Positions 1-22,019 of a stretch of 64,000 nucleotides of DNA are shown here, in pieces; position 1 is the stretch's first letter, and every line of letters begins with the position of its first letter. The DNA lies in assembly GCF_902713615.1 (NCBI RefSeq), contig NC_052160.1, forward strand, positions 139,542,737 through 139,606,736, in the 5' to 3' direction. The notes beneath the pieces were generated by a model. That model saw nothing but the letters and a program-made list of their open reading frames with translations. It was not told the DNA's origin and ran no database searches. The translations under genes were made by a program, and so were the position numbers. Origin of the DNA: Scyliorhinus canicula. Lineage: Eukaryota.

Positions 1-166
1 TTCACAGTAACTTCATTTGAAGCCTACTCGTGACAATAAGCGATTTTCATTTCATAATGTCCTGCCTTGTTTTTACTTTATCTAAACCACTCAATATTCT
101 GTCCATGTTAGTAAAGTGTCCCTGACATGTCTTCTCCAAGGCAGGAAATTGACCTTGGAATGAAAT

Positions 167-698
167 GTACATAGTCAGGTTAATGAAGGGTTAATTATTA
201 CATCTCTGTGTAATTCAAACACTAGAGGGCACCACCACTTCTCTGTATATAAATCAGAGCTGAGGGAATGCTGGGTGGTTAATGAAGGAGAAAGCATGAG
301 AACAGCACTAGGAGAAGATTAGATTAGACAAGAGTGAACACGAGGTTAGATCATAGTATGGTTAGTGACTATTTAGATTATCGGGTACTGTAAGACAGAT
401 TCAATATTCTTTTATTATTAATTGTAGCTCAGTAGAGTGTGCAAACTTCATTCAATTAATAATCAACGATAGTGACATTTAAGGGGCATCTTGACAAATA
501 CATGAATAGGATGGGAATAGAGGGATACGTAGGAAGTGTAGAAGATTGTAGTTTAGTCGGGCAGCATGGTCGGCACAGGCTTGGAGGGCCGAAGGGCCTG
601 TCCCTGTGCTGTACTTTTCTTTGTTCTTTGTTCTTTGTAGTTTTACAATAAATTAGTTTTGTTTCAATCTAATGATTGGTGGACAAAATAACACGACA
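167..698 (+). mobile_element. Probable solo LTR with a nested CR1 3'-end fragment (~470-637)
   Basis: TG...CA ends, TATATAAA and AATAAA; the nested piece ends in (TTCTTTG)n. Confidence 0.45.
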
Positions 699-2790
699 TT
701 TTACCACCAAGGGGAATATAACAGACCTATTTTATCTTTTCTTTCTAGATTTTGACGTGGAATCGTGCGTTTCCTTTTCCTCACCAGATGGTAAACAAAA
801 GTGGTGATATATAAAGTCACATCCCACTAGAAAGGGGTTTCCATGAAGATTTAATTCAATCAAGTTATTCAAAGAAATTAAATAACCCGCAGTTGCTGAT
901 TTTTTCTTTATTCTCTCACATGGGGTGTGGGCACCGTTGGCAGGGTCGGCATTTGTTGCGTATCCCGGAATTCCCTTGATCTGAGAGGTTTGCTGGGGCT
1001 ATTTCAGAAGGGCGTTTCTCAGCCGACCGCATTGCTGTGGCCCTGAAGTCACATGAGGGGAGACTAGGTAAGGCGGCAGAGTTCCTTCCACAAAGGGATT
1101 AATGAACCAGATGGGTTTTTATCACAATCCCGGTCACCGTTACTGAGACTTGTTTTATATCCCAGATTTATTAATTGAATTTAAATTCCCCCACCAGCCA
1201 TTGAGGGATTCGAACCTTTGTCCCCAAGTTGTTACCTGAGCCTCTGGGTGTCTAGTCCAGTGACTGTGCCACGGTCACTCCATAATAATATCAGGACCAT
1301 GCTTTCACATTGAGTCTTGGGCACATAACCTAGGCTGACACTCAATGCAGTACTGAGGGAGGAACGCTCAGTCAGAGGTGCGATCTTTCGAAACCACCCG
1401 AGCTGGATATAAAAGATCCCATGACACTATCTATTCAAAGGGGAACAGGCAAATTCTCCAGGTGTCCTGGGCAATATTTATTTCACAACCAATCTCCTTA
1501 AACAGATGATAAGGTCATTTGTTTTGTTGCTGTTTTTTTGAAGCTTTCTGTGCACAAATTGACTGTCTGTCTCTCACGTCACGATAATGACGGCATTTCA
1601 CAATCGACCATGAAACATTTTGGAACATCCTGAAATCTTTAAGGTGCTGAATTAAGTCTTTCTTTCCATTTTCCTCTATGATATGCTGTATTTTGGCTGC
1701 TAAAATAAAATAGTTGGGCCTCTCAATATAACATCACGCTCAATGGGGTTGGGGAGATGGGGGGGGGCAAAGAATTAAAAAATTGAAGACCAGCTCTACC
1801 TCACAGAATATCTACAGTCACACAAGTATATTGACGATCGCCCGAAAAGTAATCCGAATTTTTCCATCTTAAGGCAGAAGAGTTCAAGAATCGGATTTCA
1901 GTTTCTGCCTCGTTTAGGTATGTTTTAGAGATTTCCAGACCTCCAGCGAGTTAGCATGAAAAACACCTTCACCTGTCCGCCAACCTTTGCCCAGGTGGAT
2001 GTGGAAAGGATGTTTCCTCTTGTGGGGGGGTCCAGAACTAGGGAGCACTGTTTTAAAATCAGGGGTCACCCTTTTAGGTCAGAGATGAGGAGAGTATTCT
2101 TTCTCCAAGGGTTCTGCGGCTTTGGAATTCTCTGCCCCAGTAGGTGGTGGAGGTGGGGGGTGGGGGGGGGTGGGGGGTCACCCGAATATTTTTAAGGCGG
2201 AAGTGAATAGATTCTTGTTGGGCAGGGGGTTGAACGGTTATTGGGGGTAGATGGGAATGTGGAATTCGCACAGATCAGCCATGGCCTTATTGAGTGGGCA
2301 AGCAGGCTCGAGTGGATGAAAGGCCTACTTCTGTTCCTATATTGTACTGGTGGATACTAGCAAGGTATCCAGGAAGTTGAGGGTGGCATGCATGCTGCCT
2401 GGATACGGGCACAGACGTCCATCATGTGCAGCTGGTGGTCACACAACAACTGTGTGTTGATATGCAGTAACAGTGTATAGAACAGTGTGTATAGCCTCCG
2501 ACCACTAGGTGTCATACAAGAGGAACAGGACACTGGAACCGGGCAGAAAACCAGTGTTGGTCAGAGTTACAGAAGCTGTTAGCAGCGTGGTTAGAAAATC
2601 CACAGTTTGGTTCGCACTAGCTTAGTCTACCCATAGTTTATTCAACATTAAATAACTGGGCTTGAACGAGATGTTCTGCCGTACACTGATTCATTTATTA
2701 CCGTGGGACATGAACACAACAGGGTGCCGGGAATGACTTGAACGGCACAGTCGTCAAACAAAGAAGAAACATTGCTGCCAGAAAAATGTT

Positions 2791-2905
2791 GGGTGGGATT
2801 CTCCGTCCCGCTCGCCGGCCAATGGCGTTTCCCATTGCCCACGCTGTTGGGAAATCCCCGTACTGCCGGAGAAGCGGAGAATCCTGACAGCAGAGAATCC
2901 AGCCC
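2791..2905. mobile_element. Short Harbinger-type MITE
   Basis: Termini GGGTGGGATTCTC ... GAGAATCCAGCCC. Confidence 0.6.
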
Positions 2906-3500
2906 ATCGTTCTGCAAATGGAAAGTCTGAAAGTTCCAGCACAGCTTCAACTTGCTGGTAGTGTGGGTGGAAATCGGTGCACGTTTAAGCAGCACTTCAC
3001 GCTGTGTGTCTCAGCTATTGGGTTGTAGGCACGGCCGGACGCGAGAAAAATTGGGTTGTTGCTCACGGTAGCAGGTCGGCTGCCAATTGAAATATATAAT
3101 GCATTTGCGTATGAGCAAGAGGAAGGCAGTAATAAATTTGATGCTGTGATCAAAGAAATTTGACGAGCATAGTACACCTAAGAAAAATGTAACAGATGAA
3201 AGGTTCATTTTTCAAATGCGTACTCATAAGACTGGTGAATCATTCAATAGTTTTCTTACTGACCTTAAGCTGAAAGTGCAGACATACAACTTCCTGACTC
3301 TGAAATCCTCCATGTTTAGAGACCAAATTGTTTGTGGATTGAATGATACTAAGGTGCATAAACGTCTTTTACGAGAAAATGATCAGAAGATGGCATAAAA
3401 ATTTGCCATGCCTGCGAACTAGTTGCATAACATGTTAATACGTTTAATGCAAGAGGTTTTGCCGTGAATATTGTGACGCACTTAGGAAGGCAACGTGCAT

Positions 3501-3822
3501 GGGCGGGATTCAGACCGGACCGGAGAATCGCCGATCAGCGGACCGGCCTCTGGGGCTGAAGGCTTCTTTTGCTCCGTGCCGGCCCCTGTAGCCCCACGCC
3601 ATGTTGCGGTGGTGCCGGCGCGGAGGAGGAACCCACCGCGTATGCGCGCATTCCCGCCAGGCGCAGCGCGCATACGCAGACACGCAGTGCCCATTTGAGG
3701 CCGGTATCAGCAGCTGGAGTAGCATGGGCCGTTCCAGTGCTGTGCTGGCCCCTGTAGAGCTGCTTGGAATCATGTTTTACGACAGCATCAACACTTAGCC
3801 TCAGGATCTGAGAACCACGCCC
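3501..3822. mobile_element. Harbinger-type MITE
   Basis: GGGCGGGATTC ... GAGAACCACGCCC; right end similar to 43500-43574. Confidence 0.6.
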
Positions 3823-4004
3823 GTGGTCTTAGGACCCATTCTAAACGGTCTGAACAAACAGCCATTGCATGTAAACGATGTAAACGATAAGCACCTACCA
3901 AGGCAACGGGCAACATGGACTGAATGACATATGTGCAACCTGGTCCAGTTATCCCATCCCCTCTGACTCTACTTCATCTATTTCATCTGAGGATTAGACT
4001 TGAT

Positions 4005-4300
4005 GGGTGGTATGGTAGCACAGTGGTTACCACTGTTGCCTCACAGCTCCAGGGTCCCAGGTTTGATTCCCGGCTTGGATCACTGTCTGTGTGGAGTCGG
4101 CGCGTTCTCCCCGTGTCAGCGTGGGTTTCCCACCAGTGCTCTGGTTTCCTCCCACAAGTCCCGAAAGACGTGCTTGTTAGGTGAATTGAACATTCTGAAT
4201 TCTCCCTCTGTGTACCCGAACTGGCGCCGGAATGTGGCGACTAGGGGCTTTTCACAGCAACTTCATTGCAGTGTTAATGTAAACCTACTTGTGACAATAT
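4005..4300 (+). mobile_element. tRNA-derived SINE (V-domain type)
   Basis: A box TGGTAGCACAGTGG, B box GGTTTGATTCCC, core CACTGTCTGTGTGGAG...TTTCCTCCCAC. Confidence 0.8.
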
Positions 4301-5217
4301 AAATTATGGCATAACATGTCCGGCTTTTGGCAAAATGTGCACAAAGTGCAAAGGGAAGAATCACTTCGCGAAACACTGTTCCTCAAATAAGAAAATTAAT
4401 GCAGGCAGTCGATTAACGTGATTGATGACACTAATTTAAGTGACACATTTTTCGTTGGCCTGGTGTGGGATGAAGACACAGTGAATGAAGCCATACAGAA
4501 TAAAATGCCACCCAGCAGTGCTGAAAGTGATATTGCAGCAGTAACAAGGGACAAATGGACCGTACCTTTGAGATAATCAATCAATGGCTAATTACTGTTA
4601 AATTACTGTTCAATTAGATACTTTGTAAAGGCAAACCTAATCAGTACAAGTGATATTAAGACCATGCAGCTAGAGCTGAGCATTCAAAATGAACCGGTCT
4701 TATTTACAGACTACAATGATGAGAAGATTGACACTTTGGGTATGTGCAAAATAGATGTGCAAGTAATAAACAAAGTGCACAAGCTGAAGTTGTCAATTGT
4801 TGCTGAAGGTCGTGAATAATTACGATATTGGTCTACCTATTCCCCAAAGCCCCCGTCCCACTCTCCACCCAGACACACACAAAACAGACACATGGTAAGC
4901 AGAGGGTAGGGGAAGAAATATATGAATGGGAATAGCAGGAAAAGGTTTGAGATGAATCTTCGCTGCTATAGTTGTGGCCTCTGTAGGCGTCGGTCGTCTC
5001 TGAATGTGACCCTCTGGGGAATGGATTTAAAGAAGAGATTCAAGTCGGTGCGATTCTATCTGTTGACCACCAGATGGAGCTTCCGTCTCCCTGAGATATT
5101 GCTAAATCAATAAAATAAATAAATAACCTTTTATTGCCATAAGTAGACTCACATTAACATTGCAATGCAGTTCCTGTGAAAAGTCCCCAGTCGCCACATT
5201 CCGGCGCCTGTTCGGGA

Positions 5218-8200
5218 TAGAAAATGGGTGACCAAAAGAAAGAGCAAGAGTAGGAAGGCAGTGCAGGTGTCCCCATGCGGTCATCTCCCTGCAAAACAGA
5301 TATACCGCTTTGGATACTGTTGAGGGAGATGGCTCACCAGGGGAAGGCAGCAGAGGCCAGGTTCATGGCACCGTGGCTGGCTCTGCTGCACAGCAGGGCA
5401 GGAAGAAAAATGGCAGGGCTATAGTGATAGGGGACTCGATCGTAAGGGGAATAGACAGGCGGTTCTGTGGACGCAATCGAGACTCCAGGATGGTATGTTG
5501 CCTCCCTGGTGCAAGGGTCAAGGATGTCTCGGAGCGGCTGCAGGACATTCTGGGGGGGGGGAGGGTGAACAGCCAGCTGTCGTGGTGCACATAGGCACCA
5601 ACGATATAGGTAAAAAACGGGATGAGGTCCTACAAGCGGAATTCAGGGAGTTAGGAGTTAAACTAAAAAGTAGGACTTCAAAGTTAGTAATCTCAGGATT
5701 GCTACCACTGCCACGAGCCAGTCAGAGTAGGAATGTCAGGATAGATAGGATGAATGCGTGGCTCGAGAGATGGTGCAAGAGGGAGGGATTCAAATTGGTG
5801 GGGCATTGGGACCGGTTCTGGGGGAGGTGGGACCAGTACAAACCGGACGGTCTGCACCTGGGCAGGACTGGAACCGATGTCCTAGGGGGGGTGTTTTCTA
5901 GAGCTGTTGGGGAGGGTTTAAACTAATGTGGCAGGGGGATGGGAACCGATGCAGGAAGTTGGAAGGTAGTAAAACAGGGACAGAAGCAAAAAGAAGTAAG
6001 GGGAAAAGTGCAAGGCAGAGAAGACATAGTCAAAAACCTAAAAGGGCGACAGTACAAGGTAGGGGAGCTCAGTGAATAGGCCCAGTAATAACAAAAGGAA
6101 TAAAACTGGAGATGTTAAGATTCAAAACAGAGGTAAAAAAACCAACATAAGTGTACTTTACCTGAATGCTCGTAGTATTCGGAATAAAGTAAATGAGTTG
6201 ATGGCACAAATCATCGTAAATGACTATGATTTAGTGGTCATTACTGAAACATGGTTAAAGGATGGTCACGACTGGGAGTTAAATATCCGAGGGTATCAAA
6301 CTATTCGGAAGGACAGAGTGGATGGTAAAGAAGGTGGTGTTGCTCTGTTATTTAAGGATGACATCCGGGCAATAGTAAGGGATGACATCGGTGCTATGGA
6401 GGATAAGGTTGAATCCATTTGGGTGGAAATCAGGAATAGTAAGGCGAAAAAGTCACTGATAGGAGTAGTCTATCGGCCACCAAATAGTAACGTTATGGTG
6501 GGGCAGGCAATAAACAAAGAAATAACTGATGCATGTAGAAATGGTACAGCAGTTATCATGGGGGGTTTTAATCTACATGTCGATTGGTTTAACCAGGTCG
6601 GTCAAGGCAACCTTGAGGAGGAGTTTATAGAATGTATCCGCGATAGTTTCCTAGAACAGTATGTAATGGAACCTATGAGGGAACAAGCGGTCCTAGATCT
6701 TGTCCTGTGTAATGAGACAGGATTGATTCATGATCTCACAGTTAGGGATCCTCTCGGAAGGAGCGATCACAATATGGTGGAATTTAAAATACAGATGGAG
6801 GGTGAGAAAGTAAAATCAAATACTAGTGTTTTGTGTTTAAACAAAGGAGATTACAAGGGGATGAGAGAAGAACTAGCTAAGGTAGACTGGAAGCTAAGAC
6901 TTTATGGTGGAACAGTTGAGGAACAGTGGAGAACCTTCCAAGCGATTTTTCACAGTGCTCAGCAAAGGTTTATACCAACAAAAAGGAAGGACGGAAGAAA
7001 GAGGGAAAATCGACCGTGGATATCTAAGGAAATAAGGGAGAGTATCAAATTGAAGGAAAAAGCATATCAAGTGGCAAAGATTGCTGGGAGATTAGAGGAC
7101 TGGGAAATCTTTAGGGGGCAACAGAAAGCTACTAAAAAAGCTATAAAGAAGAGTAAGATAGAGCATGAGAGTAAACTTGCTCAGAATATAAAAACAGACG
7201 GTAAAAGTTTTTACAAATATATAAAACAAAAACGAGTGGCTGAGGTAAATATTGGTCCTTTAGAGGATGAGATGGGAGTTTTAATAATGGGAAATGAGGA
7301 AATGGCTGAGGAACTGAACAGGTTTTTTGGGTCGGTCTTCACAGTGGAAGACACAAATAACATGCCAGCGACTGATAGAAATGAGGCTATGACAGGTGAG
7401 GACCTTGAGAGGATTGTTATCACTATGGAGGTAGTGATGGGCAAGCTAATGGGGCTAAAGGTAGACACGTCTCCTGGCCCTGATGGAATGCATCCCAGAG
7501 TGCAAAAAGAGATGGCTAGGGAAATTGCAGATGCACTAGTGATAATTTACCGAAATTCACTAGACTCTGGGGTGGTCCCAGTGGATTGGAAATTAGCAAA
7601 CGTGACATCACTGTTTAAAAAAGGAGGTAGGCAGAAAGCAGGAAATTATAGGCCAGTGAGCTTAACTTCGGTAGTAGGGAAGATGCTGGAATCTATCATC
7701 GAGGAAGAAATAGCGAGGCATCTGGATAGAAATTGTCCCATTGGGCAGACGCAGCATGGGTTCATAAAGGGCAGGTCATGCCTAACTAATTTAGTGGAAT
7801 TTTTTGAGGACATTACCAGTGCAGTAGATAATGGGGAGCCGATGGATGTGGTATATCTGGATTTCCAGGAAGCCTTTGACAAGGTGCCACACAAAAGGTT
7901 GCTGCATAAGATAAAGATGCATGGCATTACGGGTAAAGTAGTAGCATGGATAGAGGATTGGTTAATTAATAGAAAGCAAAGAGTGGGGATTAATGGGTGT
8001 TTCTCTGGTTGGCAATCAGTAGCTAGTGGTGTCCCTCAGGGATCCGTGTTGGGCCCACAATTGTTCACAATTTACACAGATGATTTGGAGTTGGGGACCA
8101 AGGGCAATGTGTCCAAGTTTGCAGATGACACTAAGATGAGTGGTAAAGCGAAAAGTGCAGAGGATACTGGAAGTCTGCAGAGGGATTTGGATAGGTTAAG

Positions 8201-9060
8201 TGAATGGGCTAGGGTCTGGCAGATGGAATACAATGTTGACAAATGTGAGGTTATCCATTTTGGTAGGAATAACAGCAAACAGGATTATTATTTAAACGAT
8301 AAAATATTAAAGCATGCCGCTGTGCAGAGAGACTTGGGTGTGCTAGTGCATGAGTCACAGAAGGTTGGTTTACAGGTGCAACAGGTGATTAAGAAGGCAA
8401 ATGGAATTTTGTCCTTCATTGCTAGAGGGATGGAGTTTAAGACTAGGGAGGTTATGTTGCAATTGTATAAGGTGTTAGTGAGGCCACACCTGGAGTATTG
8501 TGTTCAGTTTTGGTCTCCTTACTTGAGAAAGGACGTACTGGCACTGGAGGGTGTGCAGAGGAGATTCACTAGGTTAATCCCAGAGCTGAAGGGGTTGGAT
8601 TATGAGGAGAGGTTGTGTAGACTGGGACTGTACTCGTTGGAATTTAGAAGGATGAGGGGGGATCTTATAGAAACATTTAAAATTATGAAGGGTATAGATA
8701 AGATAGATGCGGGCAGGTTGCTTCCACTGGCGGGTGAAAGCAGAACTAGGGGTCATAGCCTCACAATAAGGGGAAGTAGATTTAGGACTGAGTTTAGGAG
8801 GAACTTCCTCACCCAAAGGGTTGTGAATCTATGGAATTCCTTGCCCAGTGAAGCAGTTGAGGCTCCTTCATTACATGTTTTTAAGGTAAAGATAGATAGT
8901 TTTTTGAAGAATAAAGGGATTCAGGGTTATGGTGTTCGGGCCGGAAAGTGGAGCTGAGTCCACAAACATCAGCCATGATCTCATTGAATGGCGGAGCAGG
9001 CTCGAGGGGCCAGATGGCCTATTCCTGCTCCTAGTTCTTATGTTCTTATTATGTTCTTAC
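5218..9060 (+). mobile_element. CR1-clade LINE, copy A (5' part deleted; ORF1 remnant, ORF2 APE+RT)
   Basis: ORF1 remnant has SGNH esterase motifs (GDSIV, HIGTND, DGLH); ORF2 at 6072-8957; 3' tail of (TTCTTATG)n-like repeats at ~9035-9060. Confidence 0.95.
6072..8957 (+). CDS. CR1 ORF2 endonuclease-reverse transcriptase (open frame, but disconnected from its ATG; EN motif GDFN changed to GGFN)
   Basis: 961-aa ORF with YLNARS, ITETW, SDH, SPGPDG, QHGF, AFDKV, GVPQGSVLGP, FADD, PHLEYC. The true ATG at 5926 is out of frame because of a 10-nt deletion relative to copy B. Confidence 0.85.
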   Translation: MNRPSNNKRNKTGDVKIQNRGKKTNISVLYLNARSIRNKVNELMAQIIVNDYDLVVITETWLKDGHDWELNIRGYQTIRKDRVDGKEGGVALLFKDDIRAIVRDDIGAMEDKVESIWVEIRNSKAKKSLIGVVYRPPNSNVMVGQAINKEITDACRNGTAVIMGGFNLHVDWFNQVGQGNLEEEFIECIRDSFLEQYVMEPMREQAVLDLVLCNETGLIHDLTVRDPLGRSDHNMVEFKIQMEGEKVKSNTSVLCLNKGDYKGMREELAKVDWKLRLYGGTVEEQWRTFQAIFHSAQQRFIPTKRKDGRKRENRPWISKEIRESIKLKEKAYQVAKIAGRLEDWEIFRGQQKATKKAIKKSKIEHESKLAQNIKTDGKSFYKYIKQKRVAEVNIGPLEDEMGVLIMGNEEMAEELNRFFGSVFTVEDTNNMPATDRNEAMTGEDLERIVITMEVVMGKLMGLKVDTSPGPDGMHPRVQKEMAREIADALVIIYRNSLDSGVVPVDWKLANVTSLFKKGGRQKAGNYRPVSLTSVVGKMLESIIEEEIARHLDRNCPIGQTQHGFIKGRSCLTNLVEFFEDITSAVDNGEPMDVVYLDFQEAFDKVPHKRLLHKIKMHGITGKVVAWIEDWLINRKQRVGINGCFSGWQSVASGVPQGSVLGPQLFTIYTDDLELGTKGNVSKFADDTKMSGKAKSAEDTGSLQRDLDRLSEWARVWQMEYNVDKCEVIHFGRNNSKQDYYLNDKILKHAAVQRDLGVLVHESQKVGLQVQQVIKKANGILSFIARGMEFKTREVMLQLYKVLVRPHLEYCVQFWSPYLRKDVLALEGVQRRFTRLIPELKGLDYEERLCRLGLYSLEFRRMRGDLIETFKIMKGIDKIDAGRLLPLAGESRTRGHSLTIRGSRFRTEFRRNFLTQRVVNLWNSLPSEAVEAPSLHVFKVKIDSFLKNKGIQGYGVRAGKWS

Positions 9061-10274
9061 ACCAGAAAGAGAACGTGCTCTATCTGAGTGCTGGGCCCGC
9101 ACCTTCTCTTTCTATGAAGCTGTTAGAACAAAGAGAGATCTTCTTTTAAAAAAAATGCAGTTAGAAAGAACAGCTGCTCAAAATAGGAAGTGTTTCAGAG
9201 TTAATGGACTCCTGAACAGCTATATAAATAAACACTGGTTTTTCAGAGGCTTTTCAAAGACAATGGCCCTTGAAATTGAATGTAAACAATATAGTTCAAA
9301 GCTTTTAGACTTCTATTGCTTGGAGCGAGGCTTGCAGAAAGGGCAATGAAATTGACTGCAGTAAAACCACTTCAATGGTTTCAACCACTTTAAAAGTAAG
9401 ACTTTTACCTTAATCTCACTGATCTTTGAACCTGGCATCCAGGGACACTGTTTAAAGGTGTTAAGGGTACAGGTGGGAAGATTTCACTTTCTTCTCACAG
9501 ATCTTTCTTATGGACAAGCTGAAAAACAGTTACAGGGATTAAAGGTTGCAGATGGGAAAACAAGCCAAATGACCCCATCCAGGGACAGACCCCGGCTTGA
9601 GCATTCCAGGCTACCCCAAGTCCATCCTGAACCATACCTCCTCTGAAGGACCCCCTCAGCACCCTGGAGGCAAGTGTTAGGAGGGCACCTCACCCCTTTC
9701 ACCCCTTCGATACCAAGGCGGCAGGTTGGCACTGCAAAGGGATGGGACCTGAGAGTGGGACTGAGGGCGGTGTGGAGTGGAGTGGGCTGAGGGGGGTACT
9801 GAGGGGGGGAGCTAAGGTGGGTGGGGGGGGCGAATGATGGGGGACTTGCCTGCGATTGTGGGGGGTAGGCCTTTCTAGCGAATCGGGGGTTTTCTGCAAC
9901 TTTATTCTGAGACCTGGGTGCCCTTTCAAAAAGCAGTCGGTGCTTGCTATTATTTCTGTCAGGAACCTCAGTCTGTCGTGTTGCCCTTTTCGCAGATGGA
10001 TTCATTAAACATCATTGATTTGTCGTGAACTTCAATCTGTTCCTCACTATTCATACTGTAAAGAATGAGAGATGATCTTATTCTAATGTATGAGATTCTG
10101 ATAGGGCGGACAGGGTAGATGGTGGGAGAATATTGCCCCTCCTGGAGCAATCCTGAATCACGAGGTGCAGTTTCAAAACATGGAATCCCCCATGTAAGAG
10201 AGATGAGGAAGAATTAGTTTCTCTCAGAGGGTTGGCCGCTCCAGAGGCTGTATAATTGAGTCCCATTGAGCCAG

Positions 10275-10597
10275 TGACATTCTGGCACAGTGATTAGCAC
10301 TGCTGCCTCCTGCACCAGGAATCCAGGTTCAATTCTGGCCTTGTCCGTGTGGAGTTTGCACATTCTCTCCATATCTGAGTGGACTTCCTCTGGGTGCCCC
10401 AGTTTCCTCCCACAATCCAAAGATCTCCAAGTTAGGTGAATCGGCCACGTTAAGATGCCCCTTGGTGTCCAAAGGTTAGGTGCAGTTACGGGGATAGGCG
10501 GAGGGGGTGGGCCTAAGGAGGGTGCTCTTTCAGAGGTCGCTACAGACTCAATGGGCCAAATGGCTTCATTCTGCACTGTAGGGATTCTATGATTCTC
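10275..10597 (+). mobile_element. HE1-like shark SINE (duplicate at ~35305-35628)
   Basis: tRNA-like head, V-domain core and CR1-like tail ending GATTCTATGATTCT. Confidence 0.75.
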
Positions 10598-11524
10598 TGA
10601 TTTTCAAGATGGAGTTAAAGAGATTTGTGATATACAAGGTTGTCAAGGGCTATGAGGGACGGAAAGGCAGGGCCATGGAGTTGAGCCCACAATCACGTCA
10701 GCCTTAATTGCATTGAATTGTGGAGCGGTCTTGATGGGCTAACTATCCAACTATTAGTTATGTTCTTACTTAACAACATCGCTGGCATTGAAAACAGATT
10801 ACACAGGCAGCTCAATGCAAAGAAGTTGTTGCTTTTTATTAAAATCTTTCAGATGTTTTAGTTCTGGTATTTTTGATACTCCTTTGATTCCATACACATC
10901 TGCCAATTTGTATTTTGCTTTCTGGACATTGATTTAAATGTGAATTATATTCCTACTTTTTACATCCTGCATTGCTGTCTGTGACAATTCTTCAATGTGA
11001 TTGGACGATCAGCCTACCTGTTGCCTGCCCTGTTTCTGGATGCCATACATCCCCTGGAGAAATTTGAAACTGACTTTGGGAAACAGGAAATTAGTGTTCT
11101 AGAACTGATCAAATCCACGTGGATAACTTTTATTAAGGACACAGACAAAACTGTCCCATTGTTACTGACCTGAAATTATGGGCTATCATTTCTCAGAACT
11201 TTGGGAAACATTGTTGGCCATTTTAGAATATGCGGAGCAGGGTCACTAAAGTTCAATCTGAAATGGACATAGATCCAACATCTGAAACAACGGGGACTTG
11301 TATTCGGATTATTCTGAGACATAAATAGACCAGAATGAGACTTCATCAGGCCATGTCCAAACTCCTGTAAATATTATTCAACAGTGACTTTGTATTTGAA
11401 ATGAGTTGATCCTCTCACAGGACAATTCAAATGTGAAATTAATTCAACCTCTACCCACACACAGATATCACAGGATAAAGAACATGAAACAGGAAAACTG
11501 GGAGTGCGAATTTCAAAATTATAT

Positions 11525-11530
11525 TTTATT
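11525..11530 (-). terminator. Polyadenylation signal, copy 1
   Basis: AATAAA on the minus strand ~540 nt after the stop codon; conserved in copy 2. Confidence 0.7.
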
Positions 11531-12068
11531 GAGCATTTTTAAGAACTATTATAAATGAAGTGATTGCAAAGGACAGAAAAGGCTGCTGTGTGATGTTAGG
11601 ATCACATTTACATCAAATCGGGTTTCACTGCAGAGTTCATCCACCTTCAGCAGAAATGTGTGTGTGTCTGGAGTGAATCATTGAACCAAGAATATATCAC
11701 AGCTGAAAGTCAGAATCAGGAAAGAGCTGAGTAAAAGGGTTTCACAATGAGAGAGGGAATAGAATTAGACCAAATTAACATTCTCATTTCCAATCCAGAA
11801 CCTGTTCTTAACCTGTTCCTTTAGAAGCCCACCCTGACAAGGCATTTCTTGAGTTCTTACTTCTATTTTCATTGCTTTTCAGCGTTCACTCGGTGCAATG
11901 TGCTGCTGTGCACAAACCACAGCCAAGTAGCCAATGGTCCGCCTTTGTTTATAGCCATTCTGGAGATGGTGACTTGCTCAATTATACTGTCCAGCTGCAC
12001 TGGGGAACTATGTGACGGCTCCAAATGCAAATCGGGGTGTGCTTTTAACGAGAACAGGAATAAAGAAC

Positions 12069-21949
<9,881 letters not shown>

Positions 21950-22013
21950 CTTGTCAGTTGGGTTGATTCAGAGACTCTTCAGAACCTAAAGTTTTGGGGT
22001 CTGAGCTGCAGCA

Positions 22014-22019
22014 TTTATA
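22014..22019 (-). promoter_or_regulatory. TATA box of pepsinogen copy 1
   Basis: GGCTATAAATGC on the minus strand, ~65 nt upstream of the ATG; conserved in copy 2. Confidence 0.8.

Larger units (their letters stand above)
2343..4820 (+). mobile_element. Decayed Gypsy-like LTR retrotransposon (5' LTR, gag, zinc knuckle, protease remnant)
   Basis: MESLKVPAQLQLAGSV...KIGLLLTVAG from 2918; ESFNSFLTDLKLK...RDQIVCG (ORF 3216-3398); CCHC knuckle CTKCKGKNHFAKHC at ~4335-4380; LDT protease-like motif at ~4615. Contains stops and nested insertions; LTR limits approximate. Confidence 0.75.

Noticed and set aside
5552-5561. Programmed frameshift at the ORF1 G-run (10 G in copy A, 20 G in copy B)
   Set aside because: Homopolymer slippage or sequencing error is simpler; long G/C runs are common across this window.
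6072-8957. Active autonomous CR1
   Set aside because: No promoter, broken ORF1, ATG out of frame and a mutated endonuclease Asp, despite the long open frame.
9508-10005. 165-aa Pro-rich ORF kept in both units
   Set aside because: Its preservation is explained by the near-identity of the duplicated flank; no domain or splice evidence.
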